Source of the DNA: a virus
Virus record (IMG/VR): IMGVR_UViG_3300034071_003115
Location: 1 to 64,000 of that record
Length of the DNA stretch: 64,000 nucleotides
Reading direction: 5' to 3' (one strand)
The notes below the pieces were generated by a model. The model did no database searches and was not told the DNA's origin. It saw only the letters and a program-made list of their open reading frames with translations. Positions 21,701 through 31,327 of this stretch are shown in pieces. Each line of letters starts with the position of its first letter. Position 1 is the stretch's first letter. The translations under genes and the position numbers were made by a program.

Positions 21701-23721
21701 CCCTTCAGTATCGCTATAAGGTACGCTCACTCTCAAGCGACCTTACTGCAAGCTCGTTTACTGAAGTAAGCAGTCCAACAGAGCCAAACGAGCCGACGGT
21801 TACAGTTGCGGACGGGTCAATTACTGCGGAAAAGCTTGTATCAAGCCTCAAGGCGATAGAGATATTCAGCGGCCCGACGCTTCCGACCCTCCCGAGCGCC
21901 TCGTACACCGAAGGAACAATCGTTTACCACCTTGGCGGAACACCTCCAGGGCTGAGAAAGGTTGGCGTTGGCGGGGCGTGGGAAAACGCAATCGGGTCAT
22001 CGGATGTCGTTGCAAACAGCATCACCGCAGGGCTTATTTCGACCGCAGGGCTGGACGCCTCGGTCATAAAGTCCGGCGCCCTGGTTATTGACTCAAGATT
22101 TGGAGTCGGTAATCTTCGGGATGTTTCCCATAAGGCTCAGTCGGGAACGACTGCAACGCTTACAACGACAGCCAATCACGGGTACTCTTCGGGAAATATC
22201 GTAAAGATAACAGAGGTCGGCGCTCCGTTCAACGGAACATTTACAATCCTTGCAAGCCCAGCGCCCACTGCAACTAAGTTTTCATACACTGTCGGGACAA
22301 GCGCAACTGTTGCGGAGACAGAGGTTCTGCCATACGGGGCCTCTCTGGTCAATAGCGGAACAAATGCAATTACCTCAACGTATTTTACCGTCAGTAACAC
22401 TGGGCAGATTACCGCTACAAGCGCCAACATTAGCGGGGCCATTACTGCAACATCTGGAAGTTTTACCGGTGAAATTACTGCGGGCTCAGGAACAATCGGC
22501 GGATTTGACATCAATGCCTCATCGCTGACTGCCGGGTCTGGTTCAAGCGCGGTTGGAATGGCACCAGGGACGTTCCCATTCTTTGCTGGCAACGCAACCG
22601 CCGCATCTGCCCCGTTCAGGGTAAGCGCCGCTGGTGCCGTAACTGCATCGAGTGTCACTATTACAGGTGGCAGCATTACCGGTACATCTCTTAATATCAC
22701 TGCTGCGGCAACATTTCAAAACAGGAGTTCCGACGGGACACTTTCGCCAGCTGTCGTGACAAAGGGGGACGGTACCCAGGGCGATGTCGCCGCAGCCAGC
22801 GGAGGAATTTTACACCTCGGGGCGACATCAGCTGCTTCCGCAGGGGCAGGTGGAACATTCACTTCAAGACTTCAGCTTGAAAACGGATTTGCCAACTTTA
22901 GAGGTAGTGTTGTTGAAGCCAAACGATTTGATGTCTACGAGTCGGATGCTGACGTTAGCGACGGCACGCGCCGAGGAACGATTCGCGGAAGCGACACCGT
23001 TGCTGGTCGTATCGTCGTTGAAAACACTGCTGGGTCTGGAAATGTGATCCTTTATGTTGATGGAGACATAGAGACAGTAAATAATGGGAGCATAACTGGA
23101 AACTCATTTCTTCAAACAAACGGCGTTAATACTGGGGATTTAGTCGGAGAGACTTATTCCGTGGGAAGTGGTCTAAATGGAATGTACGTATCGTCTGGCG
23201 GCGCTACGGCCATTAGAAGGACAAGCCTTACTGCCTCAGAACATGTTCTTCAGATAGTCAGGGGCTGGACGGGTTCTGCAACTACCGCTGTGAGGGCTAT
23301 AGAATTTGCCAGATTTGCCGGAAACACCGGGGCGTCAGTGGTGGAAACTAGAGGCGGTATAAACATGGTCGGGGCAGGAAGTTCCCCTGTATTCACTACA
23401 GCGTCTGACTATAGGCTAAAGTCAAACATAAGAAATGCAGAAGAAGAAATTGATTTTACATATATCATTAAGAACATACAGCCAAGACTTTATACCTATA
23501 TGGACTCTGATGAAAATGTACTCGGCTTCGTTGCCCACGAGCTTCAGCCCCACATTCCTATTGCCGTAACTGGATACAAGGATCAGGTTGACGAAAACGG
23601 AGATCCTGTGTATCAAGAGGTAATGGCGGGGAATACGCTTATTTACGTTATTGGGGCCCTTCGTGAAGCGATCAAAAAGATTGACCTGCTGGAATCTCGA
23701 GTCGCAGAACTAGAGGGTTAA
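18718..23721 (+). CDS. large tail/baseplate-fibre protein with FN3-like and carbohydrate-binding-like domains and C-terminal intramolecular chaperone (peptidase S74)
   Basis: P.IPSDLTVS..YRYKVRS FN3-like, NGLYDG..GW CBM-like, repeated T...HGL domains, SDYRLKSNI..GFVAHELQ. Confidence 0.8.
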   Translation: MASVRVLVKLKYEGETAAFYDISGRVDYENLSWESNSEGTSANARVPVWTILPKSSTEVSGYAGATFAEKLNAAIADESFLIEIPNRAEIRIVDVETSPDTALFAGIITRISSNRQGGSIIQDVECADNTAILEEHVVADYYAPRDSRDIDVIYGGTTTYTSSASLPSVVGQIDGLSLSSESTGGNLSDGTYEVRAQARNSTMTGRDSATPQYGPVTKAVSLALSAGTGTQRLKIKWKNPGSADSVRIYVKRTSASGSGTQNVEYLGKTANTLTSQKTITAATRTSNVVEITTSSAHGLSVEDPIVVSIPQTPGFSVAQTDFALVKAVPNSTKITYDSVGDDGSATITGAYLTSGGSALVGSLSTVESPTVLTSSSARGWADGEIYTVGGNNYRLGVGADNVRGWLYPISVFGGLFDNSWVSEIGLDTSTYVEAVDTQYRFSPYFQESDTPNAEQYGGRTIRNILDYISEKTGAEYWVDKGSFDGGGAYSCRLHYRAKTPKELVVNGLYDGNIDGWTTASGFTIGSSTSGPYGAGYTVTSSTSGTAISTASANRIPVVHNEDYFISVRAKASNHVNRLDAHYAFYDASGTEISRHSIGNLYAAGQWEKLWKVAHVSNSSAAYIGLVGECTSSQSGSVSFTDWSVIKITGAMGYGDFEDLNTYTIPIYEMEVPSSPVESGNTANRLHLYAVFRTRDSSGNKVALTDTSGNPVQYVDYDFVPGIWATNGKIVEAAITDERVETLADAELSAEGYWKENGLPIESYTFEMRPRNASDSVYPVPEVGDVIPFIWNTMEIAKPMIVKSVAAKMLGMDIVYTITVGGDVRLQRSAFIRLSERIREIDDVNPVPPTPDIPSDLTVSANDKSVAVSWSFDETREVNKKLASFEIQRQDAIFRAISEISRSGSTVTVTTAVNHGLVVSDVIRIDLEPTATNIMALEGQWSVASTTTTSFTFASLTSGTISTTSVSGYVYYNFTDFRTVQNTKATYVNDGGLTNALQYRYKVRSLSSDLTASSFTEVSSPTEPNEPTVTVADGSITAEKLVSSLKAIEIFSGPTLPTLPSASYTEGTIVYHLGGTPPGLRKVGVGGAWENAIGSSDVVANSITAGLISTAGLDASVIKSGALVIDSRFGVGNLRDVSHKAQSGTTATLTTTANHGYSSGNIVKITEVGAPFNGTFTILASPAPTATKFSYTVGTSATVAETEVLPYGASLVNSGTNAITSTYFTVSNTGQITATSANISGAITATSGSFTGEITAGSGTIGGFDINASSLTAGSGSSAVGMAPGTFPFFAGNATAASAPFRVSAAGAVTASSVTITGGSITGTSLNITAAATFQNRSSDGTLSPAVVTKGDGTQGDVAAASGGILHLGATSAASAGAGGTFTSRLQLENGFANFRGSVVEAKRFDVYESDADVSDGTRRGTIRGSDTVAGRIVVENTAGSGNVILYVDGDIETVNNGSITGNSFLQTNGVNTGDLVGETYSVGSGLNGMYVSSGGATAIRRTSLTASEHVLQIVRGWTGSATTAVRAIEFARFAGNTGASVVETRGGINMVGAGSSPVFTTASDYRLKSNIRNAEEEIDFTYIIKNIQPRLYTYMDSDENVLGFVAHELQPHIPIAVTGYKDQVDENGDPVYQEVMAGNTLIYVIGALREAIKKIDLLESRVAELEG

Positions 23722-23821
23722 GACTGGGCCTTGGCGTCGCAGAACTGGAGGGCTAGAAAAACCAGCCTTGCGCTGGTAAAATGACATAGCCTCAAATGGG
23801 GTTCTAGTTAGGGGGTTTCAG

Positions 23822-24445
23822 ATGAAGCTTAAGGTTAAGTCTCAGCTGGACCACGAGGAAAAGGGCGGAATTCTGGACGACTGCGGTCCATCCAGCGTCG
23901 CCGCTGCTGTTTCCTGGGTCTATCAATATGCTCCTGGCAAGGATTTCTCTGCCGCGGACGGAATCAAGGCAAAGGAGTCCGCAACCGGCCACAAGGACAA
24001 GCAGGGTGTATCCGACAACGGATCGTCCCTTGGCGACCTTATCAAGACCGCCAAGCAGCTTGGTGCAAATGCCCGATGGGCAAAGGATTGGGCCGATGTC
24101 GTGAATAGCTGCAAGAAGGGCGCCGCGCTTGCCGTGTGGGTGCAGCAGCCGATTGGCTACCCGAAGGAAGTCGAAGTAAGCGCCTGGCATGCTGGCTGGG
24201 CGAGATACTGGGCAAAGAAGGACAAGTCGCACATCACCGCTGGCTATGGTCATATGACCTGCGCTGCGTGGGACCCCGTAGAGGGCTGGATGTGGGCGTG
24301 CCCAACGCGTTCAGGCAAGGGCAAGGAGCAGTTTGCGGTCAACGTGACCGAGGCGCAGCTCAAGGCTATTGCGGACTCCAAGAGGGTCTCCGGAGAGCAC
24401 AACGCCCCGCCCTTCAAGCATGTCATCATCATTGAGAAGAAGTAG
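23822..24445 (+). CDS. putative lysin, C39/papain-like cysteine peptidase
   Basis: SQL...DDCGPSSVAAA, YGHM..., ACP; lies immediately before the holin-like gene. Confidence 0.6.
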   Translation: MKLKVKSQLDHEEKGGILDDCGPSSVAAAVSWVYQYAPGKDFSAADGIKAKESATGHKDKQGVSDNGSSLGDLIKTAKQLGANARWAKDWADVVNSCKKGAALAVWVQQPIGYPKEVEVSAWHAGWARYWAKKDKSHITAGYGHMTCAAWDPVEGWMWACPTRSGKGKEQFAVNVTEAQLKAIADSKRVSGEHNAPPFKHVIIIEKK

Positions 24446-24460
24446 AGAGGATTTTGAATA

Positions 24461-24856
24461 ATGATTAAGAGCGCAATTATTTGGATTAAAGACAACACCG
24501 GAATCGACGAGATGCTCCTGGAGGCCGCCCGTGCCTTTATCGCAACCTCGATTGCCGTTGCTCTTGGTCTTGGCATCCCGCTTCTTGACATCAGCGGCGG
24601 CGACTTCCGAACGGTTGTTTCAGCTGGTCTGGCAGCGTGCCTACAGGTTATCGTCCGCGCCCTCAACCCAGAGGACGGAAAGTTTGGGGTAGGCAAGGCG
24701 AAGGCCGTTGCAGCCGAGAAGGCTTCCACGTCCCACATTCAGGGAACTGCTATCGATACCGACGGAGACGGAATCGCTGACGAGCTTGCAGGGAGCCTCG
24801 CCAATGAGGCTTATGGCTCGCTTGACGACGAGGAAGACACCAAGCCGCGAGTCTGA
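24461..24856 (+). CDS. putative holin with acidic C-terminal DxDxDG loop
   Basis: AARAFIAT..2 TM..RALNPED.KFG; DTDGDGIAD. Confidence 0.7.
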   Translation: MIKSAIIWIKDNTGIDEMLLEAARAFIATSIAVALGLGIPLLDISGGDFRTVVSAGLAACLQVIVRALNPEDGKFGVGKAKAVAAEKASTSHIQGTAIDTDGDGIADELAGSLANEAYGSLDDEEDTKPRV

Positions 24857-24903
24857 TATACTCGTTCCACGGCCAAATGGCCGAGAAAGGGACGGTAATT
24901 GAC

Positions 24904-25029
24904 ATGGCAGCAACTAAGAAGACAAAGAAGCCAGCAGCAAAAAAGGCTTCTCCATCGAAGAAGGCAGCGCCAAAGGCACCAAAGCCCAAGGCAAAGAAGG
25001 GCCTACTAGCCCGAATCTTCTCTCGATAA
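24904..25029 (+). CDS. 41-aa Lys/Ala/Pro-rich histone-H1-like peptide (not in ORF track)
   Basis: MAATKKTKKPAAKKASPSKKAAPKAPKPKAKKGLLARIFSR, followed by a terminator. Confidence 0.6.
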   Translation: MAATKKTKKPAAKKASPSKKAAPKAPKPKAKKGLLARIFSR

Positions 25030-25034
25030 TATAG

Positions 25035-25069
25035 AAGACCCCCAGGGGAAACCCTGGGGGTCTTTCTTT
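25035..25069 (+). terminator. intrinsic terminator
   Basis: AAGACCCCCAGGG-GAAA-CCCTGGGGGTCTT then TCTTT. Confidence 0.85.
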
Positions 25070-25143
25070 ATCCACACGTATGTTGAAAACTTTTCGTCTA
25101 TTTGTTATGATCATTTTACTTGGCCTGTATGCCAAGGTAAAGG

Positions 25144-25401
25144 TTGAAGGAGATGGAAATGTCAGTTAGTGACATGCTAGATGAAATGCGCAAGGACTCC
25201 GCAAAGAAGGGCCCATCGTGCGCAATCGGCTTGACGTACACGCGTCTTGCCGTTCAAGAGCAAACCGCCTTCAAGGAGGCGATGAAAGACGAAACGATTC
25301 AGTCGACTGCGATCGCTCGCTGGCTGGGTCAGAAAGGATATTCCGTGAAGCCGCATACGATGTCTCGGCATCGTCGCGGTCAGTGCGGGTGTGAACGATG
25401 A
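25144..25401 (+). CDS. small HTH/Zn protein upstream of phosphoesterase
   Basis: C..G; IARWLGQKGY....MSRHRRGQCGC. Confidence 0.7.
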   Translation: MKEMEMSVSDMLDEMRKDSAKKGPSCAIGLTYTRLAVQEQTAFKEAMKDETIQSTAIARWLGQKGYSVKPHTMSRHRRGQCGCER

Positions 25402-26603
25402 GCGAAGAATTTGAAAAAATACTCGCGGTTCAGCGAGATATGGAAAACGCAAAAAAGCCAAGGCGACAACACCCAGAAGGGTGGGAGCCAGGCGTGCAGT
25501 GGAACGGCAACGAGGGGACTGTTACGACCACTGGAATGCCAGCAGAAAATGCACCAGACTGGGCAACGGTTCTTAGAGTTTGGGGTCTTGACCCTGAACA
25601 CTTTGAGGTTGTTGAGCCAGTGCTATTCAATGTCTGGGGAGACACGCTTGGCGTATTGAATCGACAATGGAAGGGCAAGGTTGTCCGAAAGGTCGCCTCG
25701 ATGGGCTCAGATGTCCAGGAGATGGTTGAGGAGATTAAGAAGCACAAGTTCTCCAGGCCAGAGGTTTCATCAGACGGTAGCGCAATGATTGTCGCGATAT
25801 CAGACCTGCAGCTCGGCAAGGGCGAAAACGGCGGAAGCGTCAAGATTGTTGAACGATTCCTTGCTGGGATTAATGAGGTTGAAAATCGCTGGAAGGAACT
25901 AAGGAAGTTTGGCAGGCCGCTATCACGTTTAGTTGTTGTTGGCCTCGGTGACATCATCGAGAACTGCGACGGGCACTACGACATGCAGGCGTTCCAGGCA
26001 GACCTTGATCGTCGAGAGCAAATTACGGTTGCCCGAAGGCTGGTTACGAAGGCCATTATGCAGTGGTCTAAGTTTGCCCCAGAGGTGATCGTTGCTTGCG
26101 TGCCTGGGAACCATGGTGAAAACAGGCGAGGCGGTAAGGCGTTTACAACCTTTGGAGACAATGACGACGTTGCCGTGTTTGAGCAGGTGGCAGAGATTCT
26201 TTCCGCCAATCCAGACGCATTTGGACACGTCAAGTTTGTGATTCCAAAGAATGACTTGACCCTGACGCTTGACGTCTACGGGACGGTGGTTGGGCTTGCC
26301 CACGGGCATCAGGCTCGACGAGGCGGCAGCAATGCAGTAGGAAAAGTGGAGAATTGGTGGGCAAAGCAGGCTCTTGGCATGCAGCCTGTATCCGATGCCA
26401 CGCTTCTCTTGACGGGCCACTACCATCACCTTGCGATGTCAACGCATGGTGCAAGAACGCATATCCAGGCCCCAAGCCTTGATGGTGGCTCTCAGTGGTA
26501 TAAGGAAGTTGCTGGAGTTGACGCCCCGACTGGGATTCTTACCTTGGTGGTAGATTCAAACGGTTGGGACGATATGAAGGTTTTGCGCTGTAAACTGAAT
26601 TAA
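25398..26603 (+). CDS. calcineurin-like metallophosphoesterase
   Basis: SDLQLGK, GLGDIIE, PGNHGE, AHGH, GHYHH. Confidence 0.9.
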   Translation: MSEEFEKILAVQRDMENAKKPRRQHPEGWEPGVQWNGNEGTVTTTGMPAENAPDWATVLRVWGLDPEHFEVVEPVLFNVWGDTLGVLNRQWKGKVVRKVASMGSDVQEMVEEIKKHKFSRPEVSSDGSAMIVAISDLQLGKGENGGSVKIVERFLAGINEVENRWKELRKFGRPLSRLVVVGLGDIIENCDGHYDMQAFQADLDRREQITVARRLVTKAIMQWSKFAPEVIVACVPGNHGENRRGGKAFTTFGDNDDVAVFEQVAEILSANPDAFGHVKFVIPKNDLTLTLDVYGTVVGLAHGHQARRGGSNAVGKVENWWAKQALGMQPVSDATLLLTGHYHHLAMSTHGARTHIQAPSLDGGSQWYKEVAGVDAPTGILTLVVDSNGWDDMKVLRCKLN

Positions 26604-26935
26604 CGCTCGACCCTCTCTGCGCGAACAAGAAGATGGTGGCGGACTGCCTCAAAGTCAATCGCGATGACGCGAAACTCGTAGGAGTCCGCCACCATTCTGT
26701 CATTTAGCTTCGGTCGTTCCCTGCCCTCCAGGTATGGAGTCCAGAATCGATATACCTGCCTTGCCGCTGGGCCAGTTGGATTGGCGTACTCTCGGCTTCC
26801 ATCCTCTCGGAGCGACTGGTAGTGGCACTTCTTTACCCAGATGATTTCATCTGTGGTTACTGGTGTGCCTGTCGCGTCTTGTGTCGTCATGCCCTTGCGC
26901 TTGAGGGTGACGGTTGTCATCGCCCCTGGGATCAT
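26600..26935 (-). CDS. head closure / head-tail adaptor
   Basis: Follows connector; TVTLKR...DATG.P; DR......FRV. Confidence 0.65.
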   Translation of the reverse strand: MIPGAMTTVTLKRKGMTTQDATGTPVTTDEIIWVKKCHYQSLREDGSREYANPTGPAARQVYRFWTPYLEGRERPKLNDRMVADSYEFRVIAIDFEAVRHHLLVRAERVER

Positions 26936-27852
26936 CGAATAGACACCGCAATATACTGATCAAGGATTGCTGCAGCCGTTGGTGGTATTGCCAGTGCAGA
27001 CTGCTTCCCTGGGGCAACCTGCGGAAGCCTTTCCATTGTTGTGTCGCCAACCGTAAGCCTTGTCAATTGGCCCATTCCGGTCTGATAGAGCGCGTCCCTT
27101 GAGGCGAGGTCTATGGCGATCAGCGCAGTCGCGTCTTTGATCTCCTGAGGCGTCACGGTGTATCCGTGGGTATAGTTGATCTTGGCTACCGGATCGATAA
27201 GCCCAAGAGCAACAATTGCCGGGAATAGGGAGTAGGTTACGTTCGCCAGGCTTGTCACTTCAACATAGTTTTGACTTGTGTTTATGAACAGGTCTGAAAG
27301 GTTGAAAGTGGCCTTTTGCTGATTGCTAACAAATACCTCAAATGAATTGACGGCAATGATTGGCCTGGAGTACGGAAACACCCTTCTTGTCTCCTGGTTC
27401 CACTTGTGCTGCTCAACTGTGGTCTTGTATCTGAATGAGAACCCGCAGTATCCGTCAACCATCCTGGAGGCGACGCCAACCAGCTTTTCAAGCCTGTTGT
27501 CGCTCGAGTCGCTTCCATCTGGCAGGGAGAGTGCCCCAAGCTCGTATTCTCGGAGCTCAGCAACCGTCACATAGCCAGTGTCAACGCCCTGATACGGACT
27601 TGACCAGGCGCCGTTGTTCGAGCTCCCAGTCAGTCGCCATACGTACCAGTAGCCATAAGGTGAATCGCTGTCCGAATATGAGTACGTACCGATCTTGGCG
27701 TCAAGCGTTATTACGGTGCCAAGATTGGAAAACGCTCCGGTCTGGGTGCTTGCGTCGGCCTGGGACGCGGCCTTACCGATTTGAATCCCTGTATATGTTG
27801 CGGCTGCGGTAGCTGGATTCGGGACAGATACGTTCACTCTTATCATTTTCAC
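26932..27852 (-). CDS. head-tail connector (gp6/gp15-like) with N-terminal extension
   Basis: GYVTVAELREY, ASRMVDGYCG, YTHGY..TPQEIKDAT, ILDQY. Confidence 0.8.
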   Translation of the reverse strand: MKMIRVNVSVPNPATAAATYTGIQIGKAASQADASTQTGAFSNLGTVITLDAKIGTYSYSDSDSPYGYWYVWRLTGSSNNGAWSSPYQGVDTGYVTVAELREYELGALSLPDGSDSSDNRLEKLVGVASRMVDGYCGFSFRYKTTVEQHKWNQETRRVFPYSRPIIAVNSFEVFVSNQQKATFNLSDLFINTSQNYVEVTSLANVTYSLFPAIVALGLIDPVAKINYTHGYTVTPQEIKDATALIAIDLASRDALYQTGMGQLTRLTVGDTTMERLPQVAPGKQSALAIPPTAAAILDQYIAVSIR

Positions 27853-27919
27853 ATCCTAAAACAATGGGGCCCGCATTGCACTAAAAAAGTGTCTGCGAGC
27901 CCCATTGAAGCTAGATTGA

Positions 27920-28240
27920 TTACTCGGACTTGCCGAAAACCTTTTCAAGCTCGGCCTTTTGGGCGGCCGAAAGCTCCTGCTTCGGAGCTGCCGGTGCATC
28001 AGTCTCGACCGTGCAGCCCTGGGCAACAGCCTGGACTAGGTACTTAGCCTTAATGCGCGCAACACCCTCGTGGAAACGGGCAACGGTGCCGTCTCCAAAA
28101 ACAAGCGAAGAAAGACCGCTGTGGTTTCGTACGCGAACTACCTCGTCGTCTGAAACCGCAGCCTTAGCTGCGGTTACGGCCTTCTGGGCAACTGCATTTA
28201 CATCAACCGTTGGTGTTTCCTTCTTAACGTCGTCAAACAT
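27920..28240 (-). CDS. hypothetical virion-module protein
   Basis: RBS AAGGAG; between capsid and connector. Confidence 0.7.
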   Translation of the reverse strand: MFDDVKKETPTVDVNAVAQKAVTAAKAAVSDDEVVRVRNHSGLSSLVFGDGTVARFHEGVARIKAKYLVQAVAQGCTVETDAPAAPKQELSAAQKAELEKVFGKSE

Positions 28241-28259
28241 TTATTGCTCCTTCGCTTCC

Positions 28260-28288
28260 GGGGCCCCAGGAATTAATCCTGGGGCCCC
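28260..28288 (-). terminator. GC hairpin after capsid gene (attenuator/stabiliser; no U-tract)
   Basis: GGGGCCCCAGGA-ATTAA-TCCTGGGGCCCC. Confidence 0.55.
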
Positions 28289-28306
28289 AGTTGCAATACT
28301 TACGGA

Positions 28307-29542
28307 TTAGACCGTAACGCGAACCTTCGCCTGGAACTGTGGAGCCTTGTTTGCAAACCCGAACATCACATACATGATGTAGAGGCGCGTAAGGGCACCG
28401 TTCACGCCGATCGGAATCTCGAGCGTCGTGATTGAGTCGGAGCCAAGGTATGGCATCGACCAGCCAGCCTCGTCCACCACGTACATATCGCGGTAGTCGG
28501 TGCCGGAAATTGCGTATGAACCAATGGCATCGCCAGGAACGGCAAGGATTGGCAGTGAGCCAGCAGCCGTCACGACGGAACCGAAGGTTGCACCAGCAGC
28601 CTGCTCCGTCTGCGAAGGCGCATTGTAACGAACGAGGTTTGTAAGCTCATTCACAAGGCCTGCGTAGTCGGTTGGGGTGCAGATGACGGCCGACGGAGCG
28701 CCACCGTTGTCCAGGACGCCAGCGACAGCGGTATTGATGGTTGAAAGGTACGAAGCCGTGCCCTTCCCAACAATCTCGTTGCCAGCTGAAGCAGCCGTAC
28801 CAAGAAGCTTGCGGAGGCCATCGAACGAGTTGGCGTCATAAGCACCAAGCTCGGTTGCTGCGCCCGCGCTCGCGGTAACGGTTGCGTTGCCCTGGAACAG
28901 GGTCTTCTGAAGCTTGTGCGCAATGGCGGTTACGCCGCTGCCAAGCTCCTGCGAAAGGCCATTGAACGGCGAGCCGCCCTGACCAAGCGCGAACTGATTC
29001 TTAAGCGTGATACCACGGCGGGTCGCAAGAACGGCCACATTGGTCGTCTGGCGAGCATACGTCGAGTTATCGTCGGTTACAGTGCCGGTCTCCGTCTGGA
29101 AGACTGCATCACCGTAAGCGGTCTGCTGATTGAACGCGTGCACGAGGCCGTTTGCAGGCTCCTTGCGGATGCGGTCAAAGAATGGGAACTTCTTAACGAA
29201 CAGGCTGTAAAGGATTGGCTCGAGGTCCTGGCGGATAAGCGCCGAACCACCGCTGCTGTCAAGTGCCTTTGCAATCTGTGGGTTCGACAACGCAAGCTGG
29301 TTAAGGACACCGGCATCAGCCTGCTTCCCAACTTCTCGCGAGGCCTGAACATCAAGCATCTCGTTGAGTTCCGATGCGCTCATCTTCGAGAACTTCTTGC
29401 GAAGTTCGCGCTGAACGGCATAGGCCTCAGCAGGATCAAAATCGGACTTCTTCTCGACATCGAGATCTCGGCCGATCGGAGCGCCGTTGAGGGACTCTAG
29501 GCCCTTCGCGACGTCATCCAACTTCTCTCGTACTTCAGACAT
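28307..29542 (-). CDS. major capsid protein (HK97 fold)
   Basis: Downstream of protease; KAL.SSGGSALIRQDLEP, LFQGN...FDGL. Confidence 0.85.
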   Translation of the reverse strand: MSEVREKLDDVAKGLESLNGAPIGRDLDVEKKSDFDPAEAYAVQRELRKKFSKMSASELNEMLDVQASREVGKQADAGVLNQLALSNPQIAKALDSSGGSALIRQDLEPILYSLFVKKFPFFDRIRKEPANGLVHAFNQQTAYGDAVFQTETGTVTDDNSTYARQTTNVAVLATRRGITLKNQFALGQGGSPFNGLSQELGSGVTAIAHKLQKTLFQGNATVTASAGAATELGAYDANSFDGLRKLLGTAASAGNEIVGKGTASYLSTINTAVAGVLDNGGAPSAVICTPTDYAGLVNELTNLVRYNAPSQTEQAAGATFGSVVTAAGSLPILAVPGDAIGSYAISGTDYRDMYVVDEAGWSMPYLGSDSITTLEIPIGVNGALTRLYIMYVMFGFANKAPQFQAKVRVTV

Positions 29543-29544
29543 TT

Positions 29545-31146
29545 TTACTCCTCGTCTTGCGCCTCAAGGACGCGCTGAACATATGGGCTCAACCAAGGCG
29601 CGCGCTCTGCGGCCTTGACGTTGACCTTCTGTGAATTCCTGTCGACGAACTTTCGACCGATCCCAAGATCGCTAATGCGATCAATAAGATCGAGCGCTTT
29701 CGCAAGATCTTCTTCGACCTTGGCCTTCGACTCAAGGAGCTCGGTCACTTTTGCCGCGAGGGCGGTAACCTCCTCCTGAGCAGCATTGGCTGCATCGAGA
29801 GCTGACTTCGCGATCGACTCCACTTCCTCAAAGGAAGAGGCCTCGGTCTCGACACTAATAACAACCGCCTCGGCCACTTCGGGCTGTACGGATGATTCAT
29901 CGGCAATGGACTTTTCGGCGTCGCCGGTAACGAGCTCAGCGCCGAGCTCTTGCAGGGCCTCGACATTGGCGTCGACAGGCTCCTCCTCAACGACTTCCTT
30001 CTCGTCCTCTACCTTCTCAGTAACTTCGCCATCGGCCACATCTTCGGCAGAAGCCTTGATTTCATCAAGCTTCTCCTCTGAGTCCGCGGCTGCCGCATCC
30101 GGAGCGGAGGGAGCAACAGATGCGGCAGCTGGCTGCTTCTCTTCAGAATCCGTGCTGACCGTAACGGTCACGCGGGTCTTCTTCTCTAGATCATTGGTCT
30201 CGTCCCCGGCGGCGGTCTCAACGACCTCCCCAGCGAAGAGATCCTTCTCGGTCTCTGACATTTCTGTCTCCTCGTCTTCTTCCGCCATAGGGAGCGGATT
30301 AATTTTGGTGAGAGCGCTGACCTTTTGGCCAACGAGCATCTCGGTTGCTTCCCAGTTTCCCTCTTCGCCCTCATAAATGCGAACAAGAGCTGCTGGATCT
30401 TCTGGTGTGGCTTCAATTGAATACTCTGAACCTTCAGCACCAAGGGTGCCTTCGGTCATAACGTACTCAACAGCGCCGCACATTGTCTCGCCGTCCTCAT
30501 TTGACCAGAGAACCCAGTCCCCAGCAATGACGGAGCCAGCCTCTGCCTTAGAGGTTACTTCTGTCTCTGACTTCTCTTCTTCGATCACGCCCTCAAGCTC
30601 GTCAATATCGACGCTACCAGAGCGGAGGCTCTTTACTGCGTTCTGCAGGTAGGATCTCTGGTTGGCAGGAATGCCAACAACGCTCGCCTCAAGTAGGCGA
30701 ACCTTCTCAATAAGGATTGACTCGGGCCTGTCTCCTTCGGCAGCCTTGCGACGCGCCTTTTCAACGCGGGCTCCAATGGAGAGACCAAGCTTAACCCCGC
30801 GCTTGATTGCGCGATAAGCGCGAAGCGCCTCTGGGTTTTCGTCTTCGTTTACCACCCGAATATTGAGATCGAGGTCATAAACCTCTTCGTTTGTTTCGCT
30901 GTCATATCGTCTAACAATCTGGGCATCCGTGGCGGAGCCAAAAAGGTCCTCTGGGACATTGTAATTATGATTGAGGAACACCGTCATATTCTGTCTGGCT
31001 GTTTCAGCCATTGTCTTCAGGGCATCCAGCGACATCTCATCGCCATGCAGGTCCCGAATTGTTGAAGAAGTTGTTCCGGTTACATATCGCTCGCCATTTT
31101 CAGACTCATAGGCCTTCAGGGCGTTGGTGTAAATTTTAAAGTCCAA
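29545..31146 (-). CDS. HK97-family prohead protease fused to acidic scaffold region
   Basis: DLHGD, FLNHN, GLSIG, LLEASVVGIPAN; long Glu/Ala-rich coiled C-terminus. Confidence 0.85.
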   Translation of the reverse strand: MDFKIYTNALKAYESENGERYVTGTTSSTIRDLHGDEMSLDALKTMAETARQNMTVFLNHNYNVPEDLFGSATDAQIVRRYDSETNEEVYDLDLNIRVVNEDENPEALRAYRAIKRGVKLGLSIGARVEKARRKAAEGDRPESILIEKVRLLEASVVGIPANQRSYLQNAVKSLRSGSVDIDELEGVIEEEKSETEVTSKAEAGSVIAGDWVLWSNEDGETMCGAVEYVMTEGTLGAEGSEYSIEATPEDPAALVRIYEGEEGNWEATEMLVGQKVSALTKINPLPMAEEDEETEMSETEKDLFAGEVVETAAGDETNDLEKKTRVTVTVSTDSEEKQPAAASVAPSAPDAAAADSEEKLDEIKASAEDVADGEVTEKVEDEKEVVEEEPVDANVEALQELGAELVTGDAEKSIADESSVQPEVAEAVVISVETEASSFEEVESIAKSALDAANAAQEEVTALAAKVTELLESKAKVEEDLAKALDLIDRISDLGIGRKFVDRNSQKVNVKAAERAPWLSPYVQRVLEAQDEE

Positions 31147-31327
31147 GATCAGACCCCCAATTCTTATGGCCGTCGACAGGCCGATCGGAACCCCTGTTAG
31201 ACATCGGTGTCAGCAGATAGTCCCGTATAAGCACCATCGAATCATCCCCTCTTATATTCATTATTGCAAGACCTTTGCTTCCTACATGAATCTACCATAG
31301 CGTGTCAATGACTAGTATTTACGGTCT

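Noticed and set aside
18718-23721. Diversity-generating retroelement target
   Set aside because: No reverse transcriptase and no long TR/VR pair seen; the 21-bp 3' duplicate is too short.
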